Below, piece by piece: positions 19,883 to 29,205 of a stretch of 64,000 nt of DNA (its first letter is position 1; each line of letters opens with the position of its first letter). This DNA is from Candidatus Latescibacterota bacterium. Lineage in GTDB: Bacteria; Latescibacterota; UBA2968. The position numbers and the translations under genes were made by a program. The notes beneath the pieces were generated by a model. It was not told where the DNA came from, searched no databases, and worked only from the letters and a program-made list of their open reading frames with translations. The stretch is from positions 2,304,001 through 2,368,000 of the forward strand of contig OZ242311.1 of NCBI GenBank assembly GCA_965207885.1. The letters are read 5' to 3'.

Positions 19883-21963
19883 GACGTCTCTCCGGCCAAT
19901 GTCGCAATCAAGTTTCCCATGTCATCAACTTCGATCGTGTCGCCAACGCTCAGGACGGTTGTTGCCTCATTCTCCTGGACGAGGGCAGGACCCGTTATGC
20001 GCTGCCCCTGGTCCAGGGCGTAACGATCGTAGACAGGACAATTGGCAAGTCCCGTTGCGTCGTCGCAGAAGATACCGGCCTCACCAATCTGGTCTTGTGA
20101 GGTCAGTGCGCCGCTGAATGGGCGATAGCGATCTGCGAATTCCGGCTCAGGTCCGCTCGCCTCCACTTTCCAATTGACGATCTCAATTCCGGTATCGATT
20201 GGCGTGGCGGCAAAAATCCTGGCATAGGTTTCGCGAAAGAGATCGGCGATGCCATTGCGGTCAATGCCCGGCGGAAGCGGCACTTCAACCTCGTGGCCCT
20301 GGCCGCAATACCGCATGTCAAGCCGCCTGTCAATTTGAATCTGCGCGTCGTCAATGCCGGCCTCTGCAAGGAGGCAACGTGCCTGGCGTTCAACCAGATT
20401 GAATCCGGCGTCGAGGCCATCTGCATCCAATTCTTCGAGATTGACCCGCCCAGAGCGCAAGGTTGCATAGGAGATCGGAGTCATCAAGAGTCCAATCGCC
20501 GACATCACGCCAGCACCGACGGGGAAAACCACCTTTGGGATTCGCAGCTTTCGAGCAATACGAATGGCGTGTGCCGGACCGGATCCGCCAAACGCGATCA
20601 TTGTGCAGCGGCGGTAGTCGAAGCCGATTTCCGCAGCATGGGTGCGGAATGCCCGCGCAACGTCCTCATTGATGACCTCATGAACACCCCAGGCGGCTCG
20701 GATCGTGTCGACCCGAAGTGGTTCGGTGACATTCCGGTCAATTGCATGATGTGCGGCTTCGCTGTCCAGGATCATATTCCCACCAAGAAATGCCTCTGGA
20801 ACCAGATAGCCGAGGGTCAGGTTGGCATCCGTCAACGTTGCGTTGTCGCCGCCCTGGCTATAACAGGCTGGACCGGGCTCCGCGCCGGCGCTCTTGGGTC
20901 CAACGGCCAAAAGATTGCGTTCGTCAACATTGGCGATCGACCCGCCACCGGCACCAATCTCAATCATGTCGATCACTGGGATACGGAGTGGGAGACCGCT
21001 GCCTTGCTTGAAGTCATGCTCTCGCGCCACCTCGAACTCGTAGCGGCGCAGGGGGCGGCCATTGCGGATCAGGGCGCCCTTTGCCGTCGTCCCGCCCATG
21101 TCAAATGCCAGTAGATTGGGTTCGCCAATTCGCTGTCCCAAATTGGCCGCCATGAGGGCACCGGCGGCCGGCCCCGACTCGATAAGCCGCACCGGATAGC
21201 GCCGCGCGATTTCAGGCGTGACCATGCCGCCAGACGATGTCATCACCAGAAAACGACCATCAAATCCCATGGTGGACAGTCCGGTCTCCAGGCGTTCGAG
21301 ATAGCGATCGGTCAGCGGGCGCACATACGCGTTGATCGTGGTTGTCGACCAGCGTTCGTATTCCCGCATGAAGGGCAGTACGTCGGACGAGGTGCTAACA
21401 TGCAGGTCGGGAAATGCCTTCGCGACAGTGTCTCGGGCCTGGTTTTCGTGATTCGGATTGGCATAGGCATGCAAGAAACAGACGGCCAGAGCCTCTATCC
21501 CATGCGCAGAAACCAGGTGTGCGACGGCCGCCTGGACCTCTTTTTCATTCAAGGGTGTCTCAACCTGCCCATCAAATAGGATGCGTTCCGAAAGCTCGGC
21601 GCGCAGATCCCGCGGGACGACTGGCTCTGCAAAACCCAGTCGCAGGTCGAACAAATCGTAGCGACGCTCCATGGCGATATCCAGGACATCGCGGAAGCCC
21701 CTGGTGACCAACATGCCGGTCGTCGCGCCGCGGCGTTCGATGACGGCATTCGTGACGAGCGTCGTGCCATGTGACAGGACGGTGACGTCGGAGATATCGA
21801 CGCTGGTTCGGCTGAGTAGTGCTGCAATTCCGGTCAGAACGCTGAGCGATGGATCGGACGGTGTGGTCAATTGCTTGTGTGTTGAGAGTTCGCCGGAGTC
21901 GTTATCCACCAGTGCGAAATCGGTAAAGGTGCCGCCGATATCGACGCCAAGCCTATGGGCCAT
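19879..21963 (-). CDS. hydantoinase A / oxoprolinase-family ATP-binding subunit (pair 2)
   Basis: GVDIGGTFTD, HGTTLVTNA, ESGPAAG, DMGGTT, IGAGGGS, RYCGQ. ATGA overlap with the B subunit. Confidence 0.92.
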   Translation of the reverse strand: MAHRLGVDIGGTFTDFALVDNDSGELSTHKQLTTPSDPSLSVLTGIAALLSRTSVDISDVTVLSHGTTLVTNAVIERRGATTGMLVTRGFRDVLDIAMERRYDLFDLRLGFAEPVVPRDLRAELSERILFDGQVETPLNEKEVQAAVAHLVSAHGIEALAVCFLHAYANPNHENQARDTVAKAFPDLHVSTSSDVLPFMREYERWSTTTINAYVRPLTDRYLERLETGLSTMGFDGRFLVMTSSGGMVTPEIARRYPVRLIESGPAAGALMAANLGQRIGEPNLLAFDMGGTTAKGALIRNGRPLRRYEFEVAREHDFKQGSGLPLRIPVIDMIEIGAGGGSIANVDERNLLAVGPKSAGAEPGPACYSQGGDNATLTDANLTLGYLVPEAFLGGNMILDSEAAHHAIDRNVTEPLRVDTIRAAWGVHEVINEDVARAFRTHAAEIGFDYRRCTMIAFGGSGPAHAIRIARKLRIPKVVFPVGAGVMSAIGLLMTPISYATLRSGRVNLEELDADGLDAGFNLVERQARCLLAEAGIDDAQIQIDRRLDMRYCGQGHEVEVPLPPGIDRNGIADLFRETYARIFAATPIDTGIEIVNWKVEASGPEPEFADRYRPFSGALTSQDQIGEAGIFCDDATGLANCPVYDRYALDQGQRITGPALVQENEATTVLSVGDTIEVDDMGNLIATLAGETS

Positions 21964-23032
21964 GGGATGCTCCACTGAGAACTGAGTGAAACGCCCTCAG
22001 TGTGATCTCAACGGCGTTCTCAGTGATTTCGTGGTGGGTCACAAGACGCACGTCATCTCCGAACGGCAAAACCAGCACGCCCTCACGTTCAAGCGCGGCG
22101 GCAAGGGTTTCGGGGCGCATTGTGTCTGGACGTGCGAGCACGATGTTCGACTCCACCTGGGACTTGTCAATACTAAGAGTTGGCTGGGAAGACAGACCAT
22201 TTGCCAGTTGTCGCGCAGTGGTGTGATCTATGTGCAGTCGTTCGATCATCGTCTCGAGCGCAACGATACCTGCCGCGGCAACAATGCCGGCCGGTCGCCA
22301 ACCGCCGCCGAACATTTGTCTGATGCGCACCGCCTCGGCGATGAACCCATCGGGTCCGGCAAGGATCGCGCCGAGTGGCGCACCAAGTCCTTTGTTGAGA
22401 TTGAAGGAAACGGTATCGCATGTCATGGCGATGTCACGCGCCGGGATTCCTGAGGCGACGGCTGCATTGAAGATCCGCGCGCCGTCAAGGTGCACCGGTA
22501 CCTCCTGACTGCTGGCGATGTCGTAAATAGCTGTCATGTGTGCCGTGGGCACGACACGACCTCCAGAACGCACGTGCGTGTTTTCCTGGGCGACTGCGGC
22601 GGGGCGCGGGTGCTGTGCATCGCTGTGTCGGAGGGAATCACGCAAAGCGTCGAGGTCAAGCGCACCGGCCTGGGCCGGGATCATCTTCGGCATGGCACCG
22701 GACAGCGCGGCGGTGGCGGCAGACTCCGATGTCACCACGTGGGCGTAGGCTTCCGTTACGAACAACTCACCGGGCCTGCAATGAATATGTAGCGCAATTT
22801 GGTTGGCCATCGTGCAAGTCGGCACAAAAAGAGCGTCGTCCTTTCCGATGACCTCCGCCGCGCGATTTTCGAGGTCGGCAACGATCGTGTCTTCGCGCAG
22901 CCCGAAGCCGCAGGGTTGCCTCGCAGCACGCAGCCTGGCTTCAACCATGGCCGGAGTTGGTCGGGCAACAAAGTCCGATCTGAGATCGACGACCTGATCT
23001 GCACCGCCGTCAGCAATGTTCTCGCACATCAT
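21953..23032 (-). CDS. low-specificity L-threonine aldolase family (PLP)
   Basis: DLRSD, TMANQ, ENTH, HLDGARIFNA, NKGLGAP (PLP lysine), GGGWR, VRLVTH. Confidence 0.88.
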   Translation of the reverse strand: MMCENIADGGADQVVDLRSDFVARPTPAMVEARLRAARQPCGFGLREDTIVADLENRAAEVIGKDDALFVPTCTMANQIALHIHCRPGELFVTEAYAHVVTSESAATAALSGAMPKMIPAQAGALDLDALRDSLRHSDAQHPRPAAVAQENTHVRSGGRVVPTAHMTAIYDIASSQEVPVHLDGARIFNAAVASGIPARDIAMTCDTVSFNLNKGLGAPLGAILAGPDGFIAEAVRIRQMFGGGWRPAGIVAAAGIVALETMIERLHIDHTTARQLANGLSSQPTLSIDKSQVESNIVLARPDTMRPETLAAALEREGVLVLPFGDDVRLVTHHEITENAVEITLRAFHSVLSGASHGP

Positions 23033-23062
23033 GTTCCTATCACCACCTGATGGCCATGGGCG

Positions 23063-24622
23063 TCAGCAGCTATGGTCTTTCCTCCCTGCAAGGTCTTCTT
23101 TATCCAGCCACTGTCGCAACTCAGTTTTCAGGATCTTTCCGTAGTTGTTTTTGGGCAAACTATCCACAAAGAAATAGGCCCTGGGGCGCTTGAAGCGAGC
23201 GATATGATCGAGACAGAGCACATCCAACTCGTCCTCCATCTTTTCACGGCCATCCTCCGCCACAACAAAAGCAACAACCTCCTCCCCCCATTCTGGATGT
23301 GGCCGGCCGATCACCGATACCTCCTGGACGGCTCCATGCATCAGCAGGATCTCCTCCACCTCCCGGGGATAGATGTTGGAACCCCCACTGATAATGAGAT
23401 CCTTTGAGCGATCCTTCAACGTCAAAAACCCGTCCTCGTCGAACGTACCCATGTCGCCCGTATGCAGCCAGCCGTTTCGCATGGTCGTTTCGGTTGCTTC
23501 CGGATTTTCCCAGTATCCACACATGACAACATCACCCCTGACAATCACTTCGCCTATTTCGCCAGGAGGGAGCACCCGGTCATTCGAATCGACCACCCTG
23601 ACTTCGACCACCGACTGAGGGACCCCCACCGATTGAAGCCGTTCTTCAAACCGAGCATGATCTTTCTCGGCATGCAGCCCTTTCGACAACGCCGTAATCG
23701 TCATCGGGCTTTCGCCTAAACCGTAGATCTGAACCAGCTTGTTGCCAAATAGATTTATGGCCTGCTTCAGATCGGCTACATACATCGGCGCACCGCCGTA
23801 CACGATCGTTTTTAAGTTTGACGTATTGGCGCTGCGGCTGGTGGGATGATCGACCAGTCGTTTCACCATTGTCGGCGCTGCGAAAATCGTCATCCCTTCG
23901 TGGGAGACAATCAGGTCGAAAACTTCATCAGGATTGAACCGGCCACTCGCCGGGATGACCTGTTTTGCCGCAACAGCGACGTGGGAGAGGTTGTACAGAC
24001 CCGAGCCGTGGGAGAGGGGAGCTGCATGCAGGATGCAATCTTCTGATGAGACCGCATCGACATCGACAAAGTAATTCAGCGTCAACGCCATCAAGTTGCG
24101 ATGACTCAACACAGCTCCCTTGGGGCGACCCGTCGTACCACTCGTGTAGAATATCCAGGCGGGATCGTCGGACGAACGTTCTGCCATCCGAACCGATTTG
24201 CCCTGTCGCAGGGATTTGTAATCGGATGAGGATACACAGCCCACATACTCGAGCGAAGGTATCAGATCGCGAAGCGAATCAATCGTCTCAAGCAAGTCAG
24301 CGGTGACAAAACAGCAGCGGGCGCCTGAGTTCTCGAGGATATACTGAAACTCACGCGCATGCAGCCTGGCGTTGATCGGGACTGTACACAGCCCGGCATG
24401 CCAGGCAGCGTACATCACTTCGAGGAATTCCGCACAGTTCTGCATGGCGAGTGCGATGCGGTCCCCGGGTTTGAGATGGAGTTGATCGAGGAATCGACCT
24501 GCCATGGTCGATACGCGGCTGTAGAGGTCTCCGTAGGAACAGTACGCATTCTTACCAATTGCGATCGCGGGCTTTTCGCTGAAAGCGGTCCCCGCTCTAG
24601 CCACCAGATGAGCGACATTCAA
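23063..24622 (-). CDS. AMP-dependent acyl-CoA synthetase/ligase
   Basis: YTSGTTGRPKG, YGLGE, TGD, DRSKDLIISGG, terminal GKI. TTG start at 24622 follows GAGGAGG (the ORF track extends to 24715). Confidence 0.92.
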   Translation of the reverse strand: MNVAHLVARAGTAFSEKPAIAIGKNAYCSYGDLYSRVSTMAGRFLDQLHLKPGDRIALAMQNCAEFLEVMYAAWHAGLCTVPINARLHAREFQYILENSGARCCFVTADLLETIDSLRDLIPSLEYVGCVSSSDYKSLRQGKSVRMAERSSDDPAWIFYTSGTTGRPKGAVLSHRNLMALTLNYFVDVDAVSSEDCILHAAPLSHGSGLYNLSHVAVAAKQVIPASGRFNPDEVFDLIVSHEGMTIFAAPTMVKRLVDHPTSRSANTSNLKTIVYGGAPMYVADLKQAINLFGNKLVQIYGLGESPMTITALSKGLHAEKDHARFEERLQSVGVPQSVVEVRVVDSNDRVLPPGEIGEVIVRGDVVMCGYWENPEATETTMRNGWLHTGDMGTFDEDGFLTLKDRSKDLIISGGSNIYPREVEEILLMHGAVQEVSVIGRPHPEWGEEVVAFVVAEDGREKMEDELDVLCLDHIARFKRPRAYFFVDSLPKNNYGKILKTELRQWLDKEDLAGRKDHSC

Positions 24623-24704
24623 TGGCAAATCCTCCTCGGGACCGTCGTGTAAAGACCCAATCGGGGTCCGGCATGCCCCTGCAATCATAAACCCGCACAA
24701 TCCT

Positions 24705-26126
24705 TTAGGTCCCAATCTCGTCCAGCAACCTCACCGCCTCCTCCACGATCTTCTCCAGACACCCCGGCTCCACCTTTGCCCACTTCGCCGGCTTGTTACG
24801 AATCTCATGCCCGCCCCGCGGGTAACTGTGGCGCGGGGCGATGTAGCCGGCGAAGTCGGTTGTGTTGTGGGCGACGAAAGTATAGGGGAAGGGCGACCGG
24901 ACTTTGATCTCCAGTTGGCCTTCGACGAAGGGCTCGCCGGGGAGTCCGACGAGGGCGATGTCGCCGATGCGCATGACTTGAATCTCATAGGCGAGCTCTG
25001 GGGAGCGCTCGCGCTCAAGCTCCACGCTCATCAGCATGGCCGCATCCATCCAATCGGCGTTCACGCGGCGAGGCGTACTATCTTCATCCCAGCGTGGCTC
25101 GGGGTGCTCGGCAAGGAGCTTCTCGGCGGCTGCGCGGTCGGCGGAATCGGCCTTCTTCAAGGGGAGCGGGACGAGCTTCACTCGTGCGTCCAGCGTGGCC
25201 TCTTCTTCGAAGGTGAGTGCATTGAGGATGTGCCGTGAGGTCTCGGCCAGCGCGCGCCCCATGCGCCGGTGGTCCGGGACGAAATCGGCGTGGAATGCGG
25301 GCCACGGGTTTATGTTGCCGCAGCAACCGTTGAGCACCAGGGGAACGCACGTTTCACCGCATTCCTCCTGCATCCCGGCGCACCAAACGCCCGGCCAGTC
25401 CGGCGAGACGGTGTAGTGCTGCGTGGCGAACACATTGACCGGATGGCACGTGAAGTGAAGGAGCATAGCGCTCATCTTCATTTTCTCATTGCGCAGACAC
25501 ACCATCCCCACCTCGGGGTCCGTCGGACCTTCGAGGAAGGCGATGTCCGTGGGGCCCAGCGGCCTGGACGCCCTGGAGAACTGTCCCGGCATCACTATGC
25601 CCCCGTCGCGAGTTACTCCCCTCCGGTTAAAGGCCAGATCATCACGGACCGCCCGGCCCGCGCCGAGTTGGACCGGATGCAAGGCTTTGTCCGCGGCTTC
25701 AACGCACGAAAGGATTTTGCCGACGGCGTACTCGCAGTACTCAGATTGGGAGCCGCGGAGGTACTCTAGTTCAGGCGGAATGTTGGGCAGCGCCTCGTCG
25801 ATGACAAAGTTGCCGAGGGGCGGCGTGGAATGGGATTGCGGAAGATGTACCATGATGTCGTCGGGCGCGATTCCACAGCGGCGCTCAATGCCCTGGCGAA
25901 TCTTCTGCGTCCACGGAAGCGTGGCGATTTCCAGGTCTGGTTGGACGATACAGAGTTTCCGTGTGCGGGATTCCAGCACGAGAGCCCGGGTGTATAGCGG
26001 TTCCGCCACCGTGCGCGCATCGCGTAACACGCCCCACGTGCCGCCCAAGTGTGTGCCTGCGTTCGGCGTTATGTCAATCAGCGCACCGCCGGCCCGGAGG
26101 ACATTGGGTCGGTCGGATGTAGTCAT
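24705..26126 (-). CDS. neutral-ceramidase-fold amidohydrolase (QSHS variant)
   Basis: DITP, HLPQSHSTP, FNRR, HFTCHPVN, DWPG, NGCCGN, GEPFVE, GGHE. AAGGAGA RBS. Confidence 0.8.
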   Translation of the reverse strand: MTTSDRPNVLRAGGALIDITPNAGTHLGGTWGVLRDARTVAEPLYTRALVLESRTRKLCIVQPDLEIATLPWTQKIRQGIERRCGIAPDDIMVHLPQSHSTPPLGNFVIDEALPNIPPELEYLRGSQSEYCEYAVGKILSCVEAADKALHPVQLGAGRAVRDDLAFNRRGVTRDGGIVMPGQFSRASRPLGPTDIAFLEGPTDPEVGMVCLRNEKMKMSAMLLHFTCHPVNVFATQHYTVSPDWPGVWCAGMQEECGETCVPLVLNGCCGNINPWPAFHADFVPDHRRMGRALAETSRHILNALTFEEEATLDARVKLVPLPLKKADSADRAAAEKLLAEHPEPRWDEDSTPRRVNADWMDAAMLMSVELERERSPELAYEIQVMRIGDIALVGLPGEPFVEGQLEIKVRSPFPYTFVAHNTTDFAGYIAPRHSYPRGGHEIRNKPAKWAKVEPGCLEKIVEEAVRLLDEIGT

Positions 26127-26241
26127 AGCGTCTCCTTCTAAAACAAAAGAATCTGTCGGCTGATCAATGAGAAATTCTGTACGAACGATTCTCGCTGCAT
26201 ACAGTGCTAACGATGGCGCTGGACACTATCTTCGAGAAGCA

Positions 26242-29184
26242 CTACTGACCGGACAACGCAAGGTTGCCCACTATCTTCCGGAATCGGTTTGCTGCCTCCT
26301 GTATGGTCTTTTCGGTACCGCCGAACATGAGCCTCACATGGTCTCCGAACCCGTACGGTCCGCCGGGCTCGACAGCGACGCCGTATTCTGAAAGCAGCGC
26401 TTCGGCAAATTCCGCGCTGGGAAGGCCGAGTCCGCGTATGTTCAGAAATAGAAATGGCGCTCCTGCCGGGACGGCAAAGGAAATCCCCGGTGCCCGGTCC
26501 AGGCCCTCTATCATCAGGTCACGGTACTGCTGGTACCGCCTGGCAATCTCGTGCACCCAGTCCTGCGGTCCCTCCAATGCCGCCTGCGCTGCCCGCTGGG
26601 CGATATGGCTGCAGGTGAGCACATTCCACTCAAGCACCTTCCGGCAAGCAGCTATCAGGTCCGGGGGCCCGACAATATACCCCAACCGCCACGGCTGCAT
26701 CGCATAGCTCTTGGTAAAACTGCACAATGTCAGCAGCCGGTCCCGGATCTCTGGAATGGAGGCCGCCCTCAAGTGCTTTCGCCCGTCATAGACCATCTTG
26801 TCGTAGCACTCGTCAGAGAGAATCAAGAGATTGTGCCTGAGGGCCAGCTCCGCGGCCGCCTCGAGATCTCTCTTTGACGCCACATATCCTGTCGGATTTC
26901 CGGGCGAATTCAGGATCACCATGCGGGTCCTTGACGAACAGACCGCTTCCATGGCCTCGAGGTCCCAGCGCCAGTTCTGTTCCTGGTGAGTCGGCACGCA
27001 GACCGCGACGGCGCCGGCGAGGTGAAGCGGTCCGCCAAATTGAAATCCCGGACTGAACATCAGAACCTCGTCGCCCGGCGCGAGCAGCGCCAGAAACGCG
27101 GTGCTCATGGCATGCATGGCGCCGTGCGTGATCAGGATCTCCGTATCCGAGTCCGGTCGGATCCCGTCATCGGTTTCCCATCTTGCCGCGATGGCTTTCC
27201 GAAGTTCGGGGAAGCCGTTGGAAGGGGCCATTGCATTCTCGCCTATGGCCTGTTCGGCGGCGGCCAGGACATGTTCCGGCGGCGGCCAGGCGGGCGAACC
27301 CTTGAGCGACAGGACTTCGCTTCCCACGACATGGAACGAGGCGACGCGGTCCGCCATTTCCTTCGAGCTGACCCTGCCGGCCAGGGCCGCCCGACTCGGT
27401 ATCCTGGAAAGGTCTTCTGCAGAGAGATCCGCCGATGCCCTATTTTCATGTTCGCCTGCTACCAGCATCCTCTGCCGGGTCGTGGCTGTTGCCTCTTCAT
27501 CCATACTCAGTGTTAGGGGGTCGATCACCACACCATAAACTTCCCTGGCCTGCTCGAGGCTGACCTTATCATTCCGTGCATCTTCCAGGACCATTTGAGG
27601 ATTCCGTTCCACAGGCGTGCCCCAGCCGCCGCCGCCTGCCTGAAGATGGCGCAGGATCTCTCCTTTCCTTAACACGATCGCTTCGCTTGGAAGCACAGGA
27701 AGAAGTGATTGGTTCGGACCGGAATAGAGAGTATTGCAGGTTGGAGACCCGGAAAGGCCGCCCTGTAGCCCGTACGGCCGATGCGCCCGTCGGTCCGATC
27801 GCATGCTCAAAACGGCTTCCTCCGCGAGGATCCTGTATTCTCTCATGAGTGCCAACCCGCCCCGGTATTTTCCCGGTCCGCCGGAATCCATGACCAGGCC
27901 GTACTGCAATATCTCAATGGGGTGACGTGCTTCGATGAGTTCGACGGGCTGGTTAGATTGATTGGCGCCGGGATTGGGAACGCCTTCGGCACCGTCGCGA
28001 TCCGGCCGACCGCCTGAACAGCCGAGAACGGATTCTGTAAAGACAAATGGCTCGCCCTCGTGATAACCGCCAATCGAGGGAAACGTTGCGCCGCCCTCCC
28101 CTGCCGCCGGCACACGGTCCGGAACGGCCCCGGCCAGCGCGCCCAGAAGGGTGTCCAGCATCCGAAAGCCCGTAATCCCGCGGGTTGAGCAGGCGGCAGG
28201 CAGGACGGGGTTCATAATTGTACCCTCCGGTGCGAGAACCCGGATGGGCCGCATATAACCCTCATTGTTGGGGATATCACGCCCTCCCAGACATCGGAAA
28301 GCAAGGTAGGATGCTGAGAGAGTCATCGGGAAGGGCGCATTAATGCCGCCTTTCACCTGCGGCGCGCTCCCGCTCCAGTCCACGACTGCCTCCTCGCCGG
28401 CAATCGTGATGGTCACCTGAAACCGGATCGGTTCCGGTTCGCTGCCCAGACCGTCGATGAAATCCGTGAACTCATAGCTGCCGTCTGGGATGGCCTGAAT
28501 CTCTTCCCGCATCATGCGTTCGGCGAGTTCGAGAAGTTGGTTGAGATAATGCCCCAGCGAATCCGATCCATATTTCTCCAGAAGCTGCATATAGGCCTGT
28601 TCAGCCTGGCGGCAGGCAGCGAGCTGGGCGCGCATATCGCCCGCGACTTCCACAGGTACCCTGACATTTTTTTCAATAAATTTGAATACCGTATCATTGG
28701 GTGTTCCCCGGTCGTAAAGTTTGACGAGTGGAATGCGGAGACCTTCCTGGTAGATCTCGGTGGAGAACGACGTATTGCTCCCGGGTGCGATCCCGCCAAC
28801 GTCTGCATGGTGGACAAGGGCAACCGCAAAGCCCTCCAGTACGCCAGCAAAAAATATGGGCAGGGTGAGATAGATATCCGGCAGATGCATGCCGCCGGCA
28901 CCATAAGGGTCATTGGTAATAAACACGTCGTCCGGATGTATTCTGTCTTCATATGCCCGGGTGAGTTCTGCGATGGCCACGGGAAACGAGCCGAGATGCA
29001 GCGCGGTCGTGAGACCCTGGGCGATCATTCTGCCTTTTGCGTCAAACAGCGCGGTGGAATAGTCCATGGAATCTCGCACCACTGATGAATAGGCACTGCG
29101 CATCAGCACAAGCGCCATTGTATCAGCGATCATTTCCAGGGCGTTGCGAATGACTTCAAGAGTTACAGGGTCTGTCTTGTTCAT
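26242..29184 (-). CDS. fusion: hydantoinase B/oxoprolinase beta subunit + class I/II PLP aminotransferase (pair 3)
   Basis: N-terminal ~580 aa carry DPVTLEVI, RSAYS, NDPY.AGGMHLPD, HHADVGG and GGGGWG. C-terminal ~390 aa carry GAMHA, NSPGNPTG, SDECY and SFTKSYAM..WRLGY. One uninterrupted ORF. Confidence 0.88.
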   Translation of the reverse strand: MNKTDPVTLEVIRNALEMIADTMALVLMRSAYSSVVRDSMDYSTALFDAKGRMIAQGLTTALHLGSFPVAIAELTRAYEDRIHPDDVFITNDPYGAGGMHLPDIYLTLPIFFAGVLEGFAVALVHHADVGGIAPGSNTSFSTEIYQEGLRIPLVKLYDRGTPNDTVFKFIEKNVRVPVEVAGDMRAQLAACRQAEQAYMQLLEKYGSDSLGHYLNQLLELAERMMREEIQAIPDGSYEFTDFIDGLGSEPEPIRFQVTITIAGEEAVVDWSGSAPQVKGGINAPFPMTLSASYLAFRCLGGRDIPNNEGYMRPIRVLAPEGTIMNPVLPAACSTRGITGFRMLDTLLGALAGAVPDRVPAAGEGGATFPSIGGYHEGEPFVFTESVLGCSGGRPDRDGAEGVPNPGANQSNQPVELIEARHPIEILQYGLVMDSGGPGKYRGGLALMREYRILAEEAVLSMRSDRRAHRPYGLQGGLSGSPTCNTLYSGPNQSLLPVLPSEAIVLRKGEILRHLQAGGGGWGTPVERNPQMVLEDARNDKVSLEQAREVYGVVIDPLTLSMDEEATATTRQRMLVAGEHENRASADLSAEDLSRIPSRAALAGRVSSKEMADRVASFHVVGSEVLSLKGSPAWPPPEHVLAAAEQAIGENAMAPSNGFPELRKAIAARWETDDGIRPDSDTEILITHGAMHAMSTAFLALLAPGDEVLMFSPGFQFGGPLHLAGAVAVCVPTHQEQNWRWDLEAMEAVCSSRTRMVILNSPGNPTGYVASKRDLEAAAELALRHNLLILSDECYDKMVYDGRKHLRAASIPEIRDRLLTLCSFTKSYAMQPWRLGYIVGPPDLIAACRKVLEWNVLTCSHIAQRAAQAALEGPQDWVHEIARRYQQYRDLMIEGLDRAPGISFAVPAGAPFLFLNIRGLGLPSAEFAEALLSEYGVAVEPGGPYGFGDHVRLMFGGTEKTIQEAANRFRKIVGNLALSGQ

Positions 29185-29205
29185 GTCCACTCTCTCACAC
29201 CGTGG

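Noticed and set aside
26224-26278. 10-bp repeat CACTATCTTC on both sides of the fusion gene's stop codon
   Set aside because: Too short to distinguish from chance and has no associated element.
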